Assembly (NCBI GenBank): GCA_050011835.1
Contig: JBEKII010000002.1
Span: 8,086 to 72,085 of the forward strand
Direction of reading: 5' to 3'
Length of the DNA: 64,000 bases
Source: Minisyncoccia bacterium
GTDB taxonomy: Bacteria; Patescibacteriota; Minisyncoccia; Phycocordibacterales; Phycocordibacteraceae
Below are positions 47,042 to 55,754 of this stretch, piece by piece. Positions within the stretch are counted from its first letter, which is position 1; every line of letters begins with the position of its first letter. Position numbers and translations under genes: made by a program. Under the pieces are notes generated by a model, which made no database searches, was not told the origin of the DNA, and saw only the letters and a program-made list of their open reading frames with translations.

Positions 47042-47697
47042 GCCGCGAAGAACGCGCATCGCGTGCAAAGAACATAGTTGCATATCTGAAAAAAACGTAT
47101 CCAGAACCAGCGAGCGAGCTTGCATACACGACACCATTTCAGTTTGTTGCCGCGGTTATTCTCTCGGCGCAGTGCACAGATAAAAAAGTGAATGAACGTA
47201 CCGCAACGCTTTTCAAGAAGTATAAAACAGTGAATGATTTCGCAACCGCCGACCTGAAAACTTTTACGGAAGAGATTTCCTCCATTCCGTTTTTTCGCAA
47301 CAAGGCGAAAGCAATTATCAACGCGGCAAAAGAAATACAAACGCGGCACGGCGGAGCCGTGCCGCGCACGGAATCGGAGCTTGTCGCCCTCAAGGGCATC
47401 GGCTATAAAACCGCGCATGTCATCCTTGGCGAGCTTTATAATATTTGGGAAGGTATTGCGACCGATACGCATGTAAAACGCTTCGTTAAACGTTTTGATT
47501 TAAGTGACAACAATAACCCAACGAAAATCTCAAAAGATTTAGAAGCGCTTATTCCGAAAAAGGATTGGAAGTATGTGAACAACGGCCTCGTTCACTACGG
47601 TCGTTACGTGTGCCCCGCGCGCCCGCATGATTGTACGAGGCATCCGCTCACCAAACTCTGGCCGCCTGCGGCTCACCGCTGGCCGAAAGCGAAATGA
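47038..47697 (+). CDS. nth: Endonuclease III-like HhH-GPD DNA glycosylase. The C-terminal Fe-S cysteine motif is incomplete.
   Basis: HhH-GPD core (LVALKGIGYKTAHVILGE...ATDTHVKR) and catalytic K/D. The C-terminus has only CPARPHDC instead of the C-x6-C-x2-C-x5-C motif. Confidence 0.8.
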   Translation: MSREERASRAKNIVAYLKKTYPEPASELAYTTPFQFVAAVILSAQCTDKKVNERTATLFKKYKTVNDFATADLKTFTEEISSIPFFRNKAKAIINAAKEIQTRHGGAVPRTESELVALKGIGYKTAHVILGELYNIWEGIATDTHVKRFVKRFDLSDNNNPTKISKDLEALIPKKDWKYVNNGLVHYGRYVCPARPHDCTRHPLTKLWPPAAHRWPKAK

Positions 47698-48491
47698 ATA
47701 TATCGCGTTTTCGTAAAACCGTTTGGGCATATTACAAAAAATCCGGTCGGCATAATTTACCATGGAGGAAAACAAAAAATCCCTACCGGATTCTCGTTTC
47801 GGAAGTAATGCTCCAGCAGACACAAGTGGAGCGGGTCGTATCGTTTTATAAAAAATTCATCAAAAAATTTCCGACGACAAAAAAACTCGCCACCGTGCCA
47901 CTTTCTGAAGTTTTGAAAACGTGGCAGGGGCTTGGCTACAATCGCCGGGCTAAGCAACTGAAAATTGCCGCCCAAGCGCTCACGGTAAAAAAGGTTTACA
48001 CGATTGAGGAATTAGAGGCATTGTCAGGCGTCGGCTCATCTACGGCGCGCGCGATCGTCGCGTTTGCATACAATAAAGATGTCATTTTTGTAGAGACGAA
48101 CATTCGCACGGCCGTTACTTATCATTTTTTCTTGAACAGACAAAAAATTTCAGATAAAGAAATTGAAAAAATTCTCACGGCCGCGCTCCCGCGCGGCCGT
48201 GCACGTGAATGGTACAGCGCACTGATGGATTACGGCGCGTATCTGAAAAAATCTGGTATCAGATTAAATTCAAAACACACACATTACGTCAAACAAAAAA
48301 AGTTCACCGGTTCCAGCAGGGAAGCGCGCGGCGCTATTCTGCGTGAACTCGCCAAAGGCGAGTTCACGCTTCCGCATCTGACTAATTCTCTCGGCACCTC
48401 TCGTCGCGCGCAGCTCCGCGCGGCGCTTGTCGCACTCGAGGTAGAAGGATTAATCAAGAAAATCGGCAGAATTTACTCCCTCGCAAATTAA
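47694..48491 (+). CDS. MutY/Nth-like HhH-GPD glycosylase paralog
   Basis: Start refined to MNISRF. ILVSEVMLQQTQVERV...WQGLGYNRRAKQL resembles the MutY N-terminal HhH-GPD domain. No Fe-S loop. Confidence 0.7.
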   Translation: MNISRFRKTVWAYYKKSGRHNLPWRKTKNPYRILVSEVMLQQTQVERVVSFYKKFIKKFPTTKKLATVPLSEVLKTWQGLGYNRRAKQLKIAAQALTVKKVYTIEELEALSGVGSSTARAIVAFAYNKDVIFVETNIRTAVTYHFFLNRQKISDKEIEKILTAALPRGRAREWYSALMDYGAYLKKSGIRLNSKHTHYVKQKKFTGSSREARGAILRELAKGEFTLPHLTNSLGTSRRAQLRAALVALEVEGLIKKIGRIYSLAN

Positions 48492-48560
48492 TTGACAGGT
48501 TTTACTAAGTGGGCTAACCTTAAAGCAGATAAATATTCTCTATGGGAGGAGGTGTTTATT

Positions 48561-48701
48561 ATGGGGTGCTTTATGCCTTCTATAAAAAACCCGATCAAAC
48601 TCATTGAGAAGAACAAAAAGCGACTAAAGAAGCAGAATAGGAAAGGAAAAGCCGAAACGGGGAAGAAAGCCCTTAAAGCTTTTCTTGATCTGATTGATTA
48701 A
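48561..48701 (+). CDS. Small Lys-rich protein (46 aa), hypothetical
   Basis: SD GGGAGGAGGTG 8 nt upstream of ATG (MGCFMPSIKNP...), followed by a terminator hairpin (AATTCGGGG...CCCCGAATT plus T-run). Confidence 0.4.
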   Translation: MGCFMPSIKNPIKLIEKNKKRLKKQNRKGKAETGKKALKAFLDLID

Positions 48702-48756
48702 GTCCCCTAATTCGGGGTTATTCGCAGTGCGGATAGCCCCGAATTCTTTTTATGTG

Positions 48757-50697
48757 CTACATCCCAATCAGCACAGGGATGACCATCGGGGCTTTGTTGG
48801 TGCGGGCGAAGAGGTAGCTGGCCATCACGTCGGCGAGATTATTCTTCACATAATCCAAATCAATCGGATTCATATTGCGCGTGGAATCTTCAACGGTCTT
48901 TTTGATAAGGATGCGCGCTTCGTTCAACAAATTCTGCGATTCGCGCAGGTAAATAAAGCCGCGGCTGATGATGTCAGGCGACTTGCGCAATTTGCCGGTC
49001 TTGAGGGCGACGCTGGCGATGATGACGAACATACCGTCCTTCGCGAGTGACTGTCGATCGCGAATCACCACCTCCTGTATATCGCCGATGTTGAATCCAT
49101 CAACCACCATCGGCGCGGAAGGCACTTTCTGCTTGTGCACTATCATCCGTTCACCGTTTTCAATGTCAATGACCATCCCGTTGTCGGGGACGATGATATT
49201 CTCTTTAGGGAAACCCGATTGCTCAACGGCCTTCGCGTGGCAACGGAGCATCGAATGGTAGCCATACGACGGCATAAAGAATTTCGCGCCGACCTGCTTG
49301 TTGATCCAGACGAGTTCGCCCGTATTGCCGTGGCCGGTGGAGTGAACATCGCTGGAACGGTAATGAATAAGCGTAACATCGTGGCGATACAAATTGTCTT
49401 TTAATTTCTGCACATTGAGTTCGTTGCCGGGAATAACCGAAGATGAGAGCACAATCGTATCGCGCGGAGAAAGCGTGATGTACTTATGTTGTTTCGTTGC
49501 GATGCGCATCAGGGCGGCGAATTCTTCTCCCTGCGCGCCAGTAGAAAGGATGACAATCTTGTCGGGCGGATAATTGCCGATATCTTGCGCAGGGATAATG
49601 GTGCTCTTGTCTATTTTGAGCAAGCCGGTTTTCTCGGCTATTTCAATGTTTGTTTTTATAGACCGACCTTCAGTAACGACTTTTTTATTCAATTTTTCTG
49701 CTATTTCAATAATGCGGACCATGCGCTCAAATTGGGAAGCAAAGGTGCCGATAATGAGGCGGCCGGAGACCGTCTTCATAATATCCTCCAGCGTTTGAAT
49801 GACGCGTTTTTCGGGGATGGAAAAGCCGTCCTTTTCCGCGTTTGTTGAGTCAGCGATGAAAAAAATGTTTTTGTCCTTGCCGATGGCGCCCCATATTTCC
49901 ATCTCACGGTCGGAGGGGATGCCGTCATTATGTTCAAGCTTCAAATCGCCGGTAATGACGACGTTGCCCTGCGGCGTCTCTATAGAGACGCCCATTGAGT
50001 CGGGGATTGAATGCGTGACCGGGAAAAATTTCACATGCGTTCCTCCGATGAGTATCGACTGGCCGGTCTCAACGATGACCATTTCCGGTTTCGGCACGTC
50101 TGGATATTCCTCTTGGCGCTTCTGAATCATGATGGACGTGAGATTTTGCGTGTAGATGGGCGGCATGCCGAAGCGCGGCAGAGTAAAAGGAATGCCGCCA
50201 ATGTGGTCGAGGTGTCCGTGAGTAATGATGACGCCTTTCACTCGGTTTACGTTCTTCTCAAGATATTTGGTGTTGGGAAGTATGTAATCAACGCCGGGCG
50301 ACACGTCTTCAGAAACGAATTGGAAGCCGGCGTCAAAGACGAGAATATCGCCGGTTGCGCCCACTTCAATTGCGATCATGTTACGACCTACTTCCTCCAC
50401 GCCGCCGAGCGGGATAATGCGCACCGTGGTCGCACCAGCCGGTTCGGGGAAGTAATCGACATTTTTCACTTGTCGAATAGGATTTGCCGATGGACGACGA
50501 AGTATCCGCTGGATGCGACGCGAAGCGCTTCCCGGACGCGGTATTCCCTGCCTGCCGACAGGCAGGCGCGAGCCAAACGGACGAGTTCCGCGTCCGAAGC
50601 GTCTTCTTTGGTGTGCGGGAATCGGCCGCTCTTCACGCAGGGAATTTGATTTTGGACTTGGTGCGGGTGCAGGAGCTGAATTCATAAATAAGTGCAA
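48757..50697 (-). CDS. rnj: Ribonuclease J
   Basis: VRIIPLGGVEEVGRNM, HGHLDHIGGIP, and the beta-CASP and C-terminal domain. The track ORF carries a ~95-aa Arg-rich N-terminal extension that may or may not be translated. Confidence 0.88.
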   Translation of the reverse strand: MHLFMNSAPAPAPSPKSNSLREERPIPAHQRRRFGRGTRPFGSRLPVGRQGIPRPGSASRRIQRILRRPSANPIRQVKNVDYFPEPAGATTVRIIPLGGVEEVGRNMIAIEVGATGDILVFDAGFQFVSEDVSPGVDYILPNTKYLEKNVNRVKGVIITHGHLDHIGGIPFTLPRFGMPPIYTQNLTSIMIQKRQEEYPDVPKPEMVIVETGQSILIGGTHVKFFPVTHSIPDSMGVSIETPQGNVVITGDLKLEHNDGIPSDREMEIWGAIGKDKNIFFIADSTNAEKDGFSIPEKRVIQTLEDIMKTVSGRLIIGTFASQFERMVRIIEIAEKLNKKVVTEGRSIKTNIEIAEKTGLLKIDKSTIIPAQDIGNYPPDKIVILSTGAQGEEFAALMRIATKQHKYITLSPRDTIVLSSSVIPGNELNVQKLKDNLYRHDVTLIHYRSSDVHSTGHGNTGELVWINKQVGAKFFMPSYGYHSMLRCHAKAVEQSGFPKENIIVPDNGMVIDIENGERMIVHKQKVPSAPMVVDGFNIGDIQEVVIRDRQSLAKDGMFVIIASVALKTGKLRKSPDIISRGFIYLRESQNLLNEARILIKKTVEDSTRNMNPIDLDYVKNNLADVMASYLFARTNKAPMVIPVLIGM

Positions 50698-50701
50698 TTA
50701 A

Positions 50702-52498
50702 TTATTTTCTATTCGCTAAAAATGGCCAGACCGAATCGGTTGAGCGATACCACGATGCGATTGTCGCGAAACGGTCGGCAGGAGTTGTGATTTGAGGAAG
50801 AAGGACTCCCTTGAGGTCCTTGGGTACGGTGTAGATGAAGTCCGGCGCATAGAGAAACGCAGCTGGATAATCCGCGGCAACATCATCTTCAATTTTTTGG
50901 AGATCAGACGCGCGCGTTCCAGGGTCGGCGGAACCGCGCGCATCTTCAAGGAGCGCATCAACGGTCTTGTTCGCATACAACGCGATGTTGAGGCCGGGAT
51001 CGTTGCGTTCCTGCGAATCCCAGAAAGCGTAGAGGTCCTGGTCGCGGCCAATAACTTCGCCATAAAGGAGCGCCTCGTACTTACGCGGACGAATAACATT
51101 TTGTGAAAGGTCGCCCGGCTCGTAGAGTTCAATGCTCACCGGTATGCCGAGTTGTTCCCAATCCGCTTTTACCGCACTCGCAACATTTTTTAATTCCGAC
51201 ACGTTTGATGTGCGTATCGTAATACTGTCAAGCGTCTGTTTCCCGCCTGGAGATGCCCCTCCGGCAGGCGCCTTCCAGACGCGTAGCAATCCATCATAAG
51301 TCCATCCTGCCGACTCAAGCACTTGTGCCGCCGCCGCTATTGGATTTTCCGATTGTGGGATGCGCACCTGCTGCACCGTTCCGCCGGGCGGTACCGGACC
51401 CATAATCGCGGTCGCGTAGCCGCCAAGTACAGTATTAACAATGGCTTGTCGGTTTATCGCAAGTGAGAGCGCCTCGCGCACTTCTGCACGAGCGTAAATT
51501 TGGTTTTCACTGGGGTTCCAGAACACACCGAAGACGCGAGCATAGGGAGCAGTGAGCGCCCCCGTCGTTCCTACGTCATACGCGCTTTCAATAACACCGC
51601 TCGCAAGAGCGCTCGCGAGATCTTCGGTGCGCGAATAGAAAATAAAGCGGATGCCATCAAGATACGGACGGCCAGGTGCGTAATAGGGGTTCTCGACAAG
51701 CGACATGCTCTGTATGAGCCCAGATGTGTCGCGTGAAATACTCGTTATTTTAAACGGGCCGGCGCCTACTGGATTTGTTTCAAGGTTGGAAAAAGGGAAT
51801 TGCTCATCTGATATTTCTTGCCAGAGATGGGCCGGGAGAATGCCCAAGGTCGTGAGACCAAGAAAGGGCGCATATGGCTTTGGGAGTGTGAAGCGTACGG
51901 TATGCGAGTCAATCGCTTCAGCATCGACACCGGACCACGCCGCATACTCAGGACTCTTAAGGGCAGAATCCTGTGCCTTTTCTATTGTAAAAACGACGTC
52001 ATCTGCGGTCACGTTGGTACCGTCTGAAAATCTTGCGTTCGGGCGTATGATAAAAGTATATGTTTTGCCGTCAGTAGACACGGTATAACTTTCTGCGAGC
52101 ACTGGTACGAGCGTACCGGAGCCCGAAAGACCCATGAGTCCGGCGTACGTAAGCGCCGAAATGTCGCGGTCGGCGTCACTTATCGTTAAAAGCGGATTTA
52201 TGAATTCGGGACTTCCCACTTCTCCCTCGGTGAGAATGCCTCCGTATGCCGGCACGCGCTCAAGAAGCGACTGTTCAAGCGCGTAGAGACTTGCCAGAGA
52301 AGCGATACTGACTAGAATCGCGCATGCATAAAACAGAATCCGATCTCCCGGCGAGAAGGCACGAATGCGCCCATTCAGTCGGTCAAGTATAGAAATATTA
52401 CACGAGCGCACGAAATGTTTTTGCCACCATTGGCTTAGCTGTTCGCGCCTGTCGGAGACAGGTTCTCCCCCGGAGGAAGGCCACTGTTCATTGGTCAT
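50702..52498 (-). CDS. ABC transporter substrate-binding protein, family 5 (peptide/nickel type), membrane-anchored
   Basis: N-terminal TM anchor, 598-aa SBP_bac_5-like composition. No permease or ATPase genes are adjacent. Confidence 0.7.
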   Translation of the reverse strand: MTNEQWPSSGGEPVSDRREQLSQWWQKHFVRSCNISILDRLNGRIRAFSPGDRILFYACAILVSIASLASLYALEQSLLERVPAYGGILTEGEVGSPEFINPLLTISDADRDISALTYAGLMGLSGSGTLVPVLAESYTVSTDGKTYTFIIRPNARFSDGTNVTADDVVFTIEKAQDSALKSPEYAAWSGVDAEAIDSHTVRFTLPKPYAPFLGLTTLGILPAHLWQEISDEQFPFSNLETNPVGAGPFKITSISRDTSGLIQSMSLVENPYYAPGRPYLDGIRFIFYSRTEDLASALASGVIESAYDVGTTGALTAPYARVFGVFWNPSENQIYARAEVREALSLAINRQAIVNTVLGGYATAIMGPVPPGGTVQQVRIPQSENPIAAAAQVLESAGWTYDGLLRVWKAPAGGASPGGKQTLDSITIRTSNVSELKNVASAVKADWEQLGIPVSIELYEPGDLSQNVIRPRKYEALLYGEVIGRDQDLYAFWDSQERNDPGLNIALYANKTVDALLEDARGSADPGTRASDLQKIEDDVAADYPAAFLYAPDFIYTVPKDLKGVLLPQITTPADRFATIASWYRSTDSVWPFLANRK

Positions 52499-52746
52499 GA
52501 CCCCGCCAGAAGAAAGTTCGTTATTGCCGCGAGTACGAGTAGTACTGCGATAACAATTGTCGCATTGAATAGAAATTTTTCGGCGCCTCTGCGCTTATAA
52601 AACGTCGACGCGAAATTATCGCCTCCGAAAGCTCCGCCCAAGGTCGCGCCGCGCTGCTGGAGCACGATGCCGACAATGAGGAGGATTGAGAGGATGATTT
52701 CCACGTACGGCAATGCCGATACGAATGCCTCCATCTGTAGGTCCAT
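52495..52746 (-). CDS. secG: Preprotein translocase subunit SecG
   Basis: Two TM helices flanking the conserved QQRGATLGGAFGG motif. Confidence 0.8.
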   Translation of the reverse strand: MDLQMEAFVSALPYVEIILSILLIVGIVLQQRGATLGGAFGGDNFASTFYKRRGAEKFLFNATIVIAVLLVLAAITNFLLAGS

Positions 52747-53291
52747 CTTATCACGAAGTGTGTGAGTGGCGCAAGCAAGCGAGCAGGATAGCCGTATTGT
52801 GAGGTGGATAAAGGTGTTTCAGGAAAAACGAAAGAAAATCAGAATCATCAATCGTATTCACGAAGTATCAGTTTTATTCAACTTTTATCACTTTTTGGGC
52901 AACCCGTGGGCAATCGATTTTCATCGATTCTCTCGGCTTTATCAGAAAGAACAGTACAGGAAAAAAGCGATAAAGATCTCAAACACCACTGGATGGTGGC
53001 TTTTGAGTATAGAAAGTGATTCATGTTTTCAGGTCCTATACTAAATGTCCATCTTGAGCCGATTTAGTACCGTTTCGAATATGCTAAAGTTTGTGAGTGT
53101 GAGCGGCCTAAACCGCATGACTTTCGAGTCGTGAGGCATGGTCAAAAACCAGTCAAGAGCAAAGACCCCACCATAGGGATTGCCTTGACTGGTCCTGCAG
53201 GGAAACTTGCAGTGGATGGCCCTAAAAAGCTGTCACCCTGTGGTGGGATCTTTGCTATCCACCCGGGATTACCAGCAATCAATCCCGCCTT

Positions 53292-53522
53292 ATGATGCAA
53301 ATAGTAGTTTGGATTCTAGGTGCCATCGCCGCGTATCGTTTGTGGGATCACTATATGTGGCTGTCCATTATTGTGATTCTTGCAGCACTTAGTTTTGAGC
53401 TTGGTCCAGCCGAGAAACGCGAACAATCCGCGACTGGATTGAATCCTGACGCCGCGGCGCATCGTTTCTTTTGGTCCACTTTGATTGTGATAGGCATTTT
53501 CATATATTCCTTGTTCGTTTGA
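53292..53522 (+). CDS. Small two-TM membrane protein, hypothetical
   Basis: Hydrophobic helices. First gene of the AT-rich segment. Confidence 0.4.
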   Translation: MMQIVVWILGAIAAYRLWDHYMWLSIIVILAALSFELGPAEKREQSATGLNPDAAAHRFFWSTLIVIGIFIYSLFV

Positions 53523-53529
53523 TGATTCC

Positions 53530-53901
53530 ATGATTCGTAAAACTAAAATCATTATGCTGTGGTCTGTTATCGGACTAGCAATAATCGCGACTGTAGCGTA
53601 TGGAGCAATAAAGCTGTACACGCCAACTCCGCGGATATCTGCAACAAGCGATCAACAGGAAATTTTAGTTGCTCAAAAAGTTTGTGAACGAGTAAACAAG
53701 CTCACAAAAGGACTGTCCGTTGAAGGATCTCCCGTGAATTTAGCGGAATGCATCAAGATGGATAAGAGTTGTGAGCAAAAATGGGGACTGCATTCAGTGT
53801 GGTCAGGAACGAGCGATGCAAAAGATGTTCCTGTTTGCTTTTGCGATGATGGGTATCAGTGGGCTAGCGATGGATCGGGGAAATGTGTAGCAAAGATCTA
53901 A
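53530..53901 (+). CDS. Membrane-anchored Cys-rich secreted protein, hypothetical
   Basis: N-terminal anchor, six Cys in the C-terminal half (CFCDDGYQW...GKC). Confidence 0.45.
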   Translation: MIRKTKIIMLWSVIGLAIIATVAYGAIKLYTPTPRISATSDQQEILVAQKVCERVNKLTKGLSVEGSPVNLAECIKMDKSCEQKWGLHSVWSGTSDAKDVPVCFCDDGYQWASDGSGKCVAKI

Positions 53902-53964
53902 TGAAATTTGGATACACCACCAAATAACATATGAGACAGGACCCTTTGAAAATAGGACGAAATA

Positions 53965-55746
53965 ATGCGACCATATAGGTATATGGGAGAATTTGAAAGC
54001 AAACTGAATGCCCTCATAAAGACCGACGCTCGGTTCCTAGACCAAGATGGAGAAGTTCTGAGAGCTAGTGTGGTAGATGCTGCATACAAGGGCGACTCAG
54101 CTCTCGTGGAGCTTCTTCTTGGATTTGACGAAGCAAAGATAAAATTCTTTTCTGATGTAAAAGGTGTACTCGCGTTTAAAACAGCCGATTTCGTTGCATA
54201 CATAGAAGACAAGAACTTTCTAAACGATTCATATACACGGTTCAAAAATAAAATCGGTCTTACGATAGATGGCAAATTTTTCGGCGAGCGGGGCGAGGTC
54301 GCTCTCACATGGCCATTCAAGGATTGCGTGCTTGAAGGTGGTATGACCAAAGAAGATCAGAAGCGTAAGGAGATTTTCTTCAATGAAATTCTCGCGCAGG
54401 ATGAAATAGATAAACTCTTCACGCCAAAGGTGCTAACTAATTGGAAGCGTTACACCGCAAAAGGTGAAGAAAAGATCAACAAACTCAAACGCGATGAGAG
54501 TGGTCTTATTAAAGAGAACTTAGTCATCAAAGGCAACAACCTTCTAGCTCTTCATACACTCAAACAACAATTCGCTGAGAAAGTGAAGTTGATTTATATA
54601 GACCCACCCTTCAATACCGGAACAGATTCTTTCTTATATAACGATGGATTTTCTCACTCGACCTGGCTTACTTTTATGAAGAATCGGCTAGAGATAGCGA
54701 AGCAACTTTTGACCAGAGATGGGAATGTTTTCATTCATATAGATGTAAACGAGTCACATTACTTGAAGATTCTTTGTGATGAAGTGTTTGGACGCGAGAA
54801 CTTCGTAGAAGAAATTACATGGGCCTATGGTTCCGCATCGGGTGGCCGTGCAGCAGGCGCAAAGCCCGTTAACATTCACGATTATATTCTGCACTATGCG
54901 CGCGAATACAGTTCCCGCAAGCAAAATAAAATCCATACGCCTTACACAGATAAGTATGTTGAGGATTGGTTCAAATATACTGACAAAGATGGACGACGAT
55001 ACCGCAGACGAATGCGCGAACGGAATGAAAAAGGAGAAGTAGTTTGGGAAAAACAATATCTAGACGAGAGCAAGGGCGTACCCCTCACAACAGTTTGGAC
55101 TGACATTCGGCAAGTCTATGCGGACCCGCGAGCATACAAAGAGAACCAGCGTGAACACACCGAGCTTATGGATGGTTTTTCAACACAGAAGCCTGAACGG
55201 CTCATGCAACGCATTCTTGAGATGGCCACTGACCCAGGCGATATAGTGCTGGATTATCATTTGGGGAGTGGGACTACTGCTGCCGTTGCACATAAAATGG
55301 GCCGTCAGTATATCGGAACAGAACAATTGCATTACGAACACAACGGTTCTGTGCCACGTTTACAGAAGGTGATCAAGGGCGATACAGCAGGCATCTCAAA
55401 AGAAGTTGGCTGGAAAGGTGGCGGCGATTTCGTCTACGCGGAACTTATGCGATATAACGAATTGTTCATAGGAGATATAGAGACCGCGAAAGACACAAAT
55501 GCTCTTCTTAAGATTTGGCAGCGCATGAAAGAAGAAGCATTCTTTAAGTTCAGTGTGGAGATGCAAGCGTTTGAGAATAGCATTGATACCTTTAAGACTT
55601 TGCCACTCGATAAGCAAAAGAAGATACTTTGCGGCGTTCTCGACAAGAATCAACTCTATGTGAACCTGTCCGAGATAGACGATGCAGAATTTAAAATCGC
55701 CAAGGCCGATCAACAGGCGACCAAAGAATTTTACGATGGTCGATAA
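53965..55746 (+). CDS. Type III restriction-modification system methyltransferase (Mod), beta-class N6-adenine/N4-cytosine MTase with an extra ~190-aa N-terminal domain
   Basis: Motif IV IYIDPPFNTG precedes motif I (VLDYHLGSGTTAAVAHKMGRQYIGTE). ENLVIKGNNLLAL and FSTQKPERL blocks are typical of Type III Mod. Confidence 0.8.
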   Translation: MRPYRYMGEFESKLNALIKTDARFLDQDGEVLRASVVDAAYKGDSALVELLLGFDEAKIKFFSDVKGVLAFKTADFVAYIEDKNFLNDSYTRFKNKIGLTIDGKFFGERGEVALTWPFKDCVLEGGMTKEDQKRKEIFFNEILAQDEIDKLFTPKVLTNWKRYTAKGEEKINKLKRDESGLIKENLVIKGNNLLALHTLKQQFAEKVKLIYIDPPFNTGTDSFLYNDGFSHSTWLTFMKNRLEIAKQLLTRDGNVFIHIDVNESHYLKILCDEVFGRENFVEEITWAYGSASGGRAAGAKPVNIHDYILHYAREYSSRKQNKIHTPYTDKYVEDWFKYTDKDGRRYRRRMRERNEKGEVVWEKQYLDESKGVPLTTVWTDIRQVYADPRAYKENQREHTELMDGFSTQKPERLMQRILEMATDPGDIVLDYHLGSGTTAAVAHKMGRQYIGTEQLHYEHNGSVPRLQKVIKGDTAGISKEVGWKGGGDFVYAELMRYNELFIGDIETAKDTNALLKIWQRMKEEAFFKFSVEMQAFENSIDTFKTLPLDKQKKILCGVLDKNQLYVNLSEIDDAEFKIAKADQQATKEFYDGR

Positions 55747-55754
55747 TTGCAAAG

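Noticed and set aside
47600-47700. Frameshift hypothesis to explain the missing Fe-S cysteines of Nth
   Set aside because: Neither alternative frame supplies the missing C-x2-C-x5-C. Frame +1 runs without a stop into the next gene, so a fusion would be implausible.
52747-53291. tmRNA / RNase P RNA / SRP RNA in the gene-free gaps (also 9736..10102 and 39096..39312)
   Set aside because: I could not find the RNase P CR-I/CR-V blocks (GGAAAGUCCGGGCUCC, ACAGAACCCGGCUUA), a tmRNA tRNA-like 3' end (GGUUCGA...CCACCA), or the SRP domain IV motif. The regions are reported only as unclassified structured candidates.
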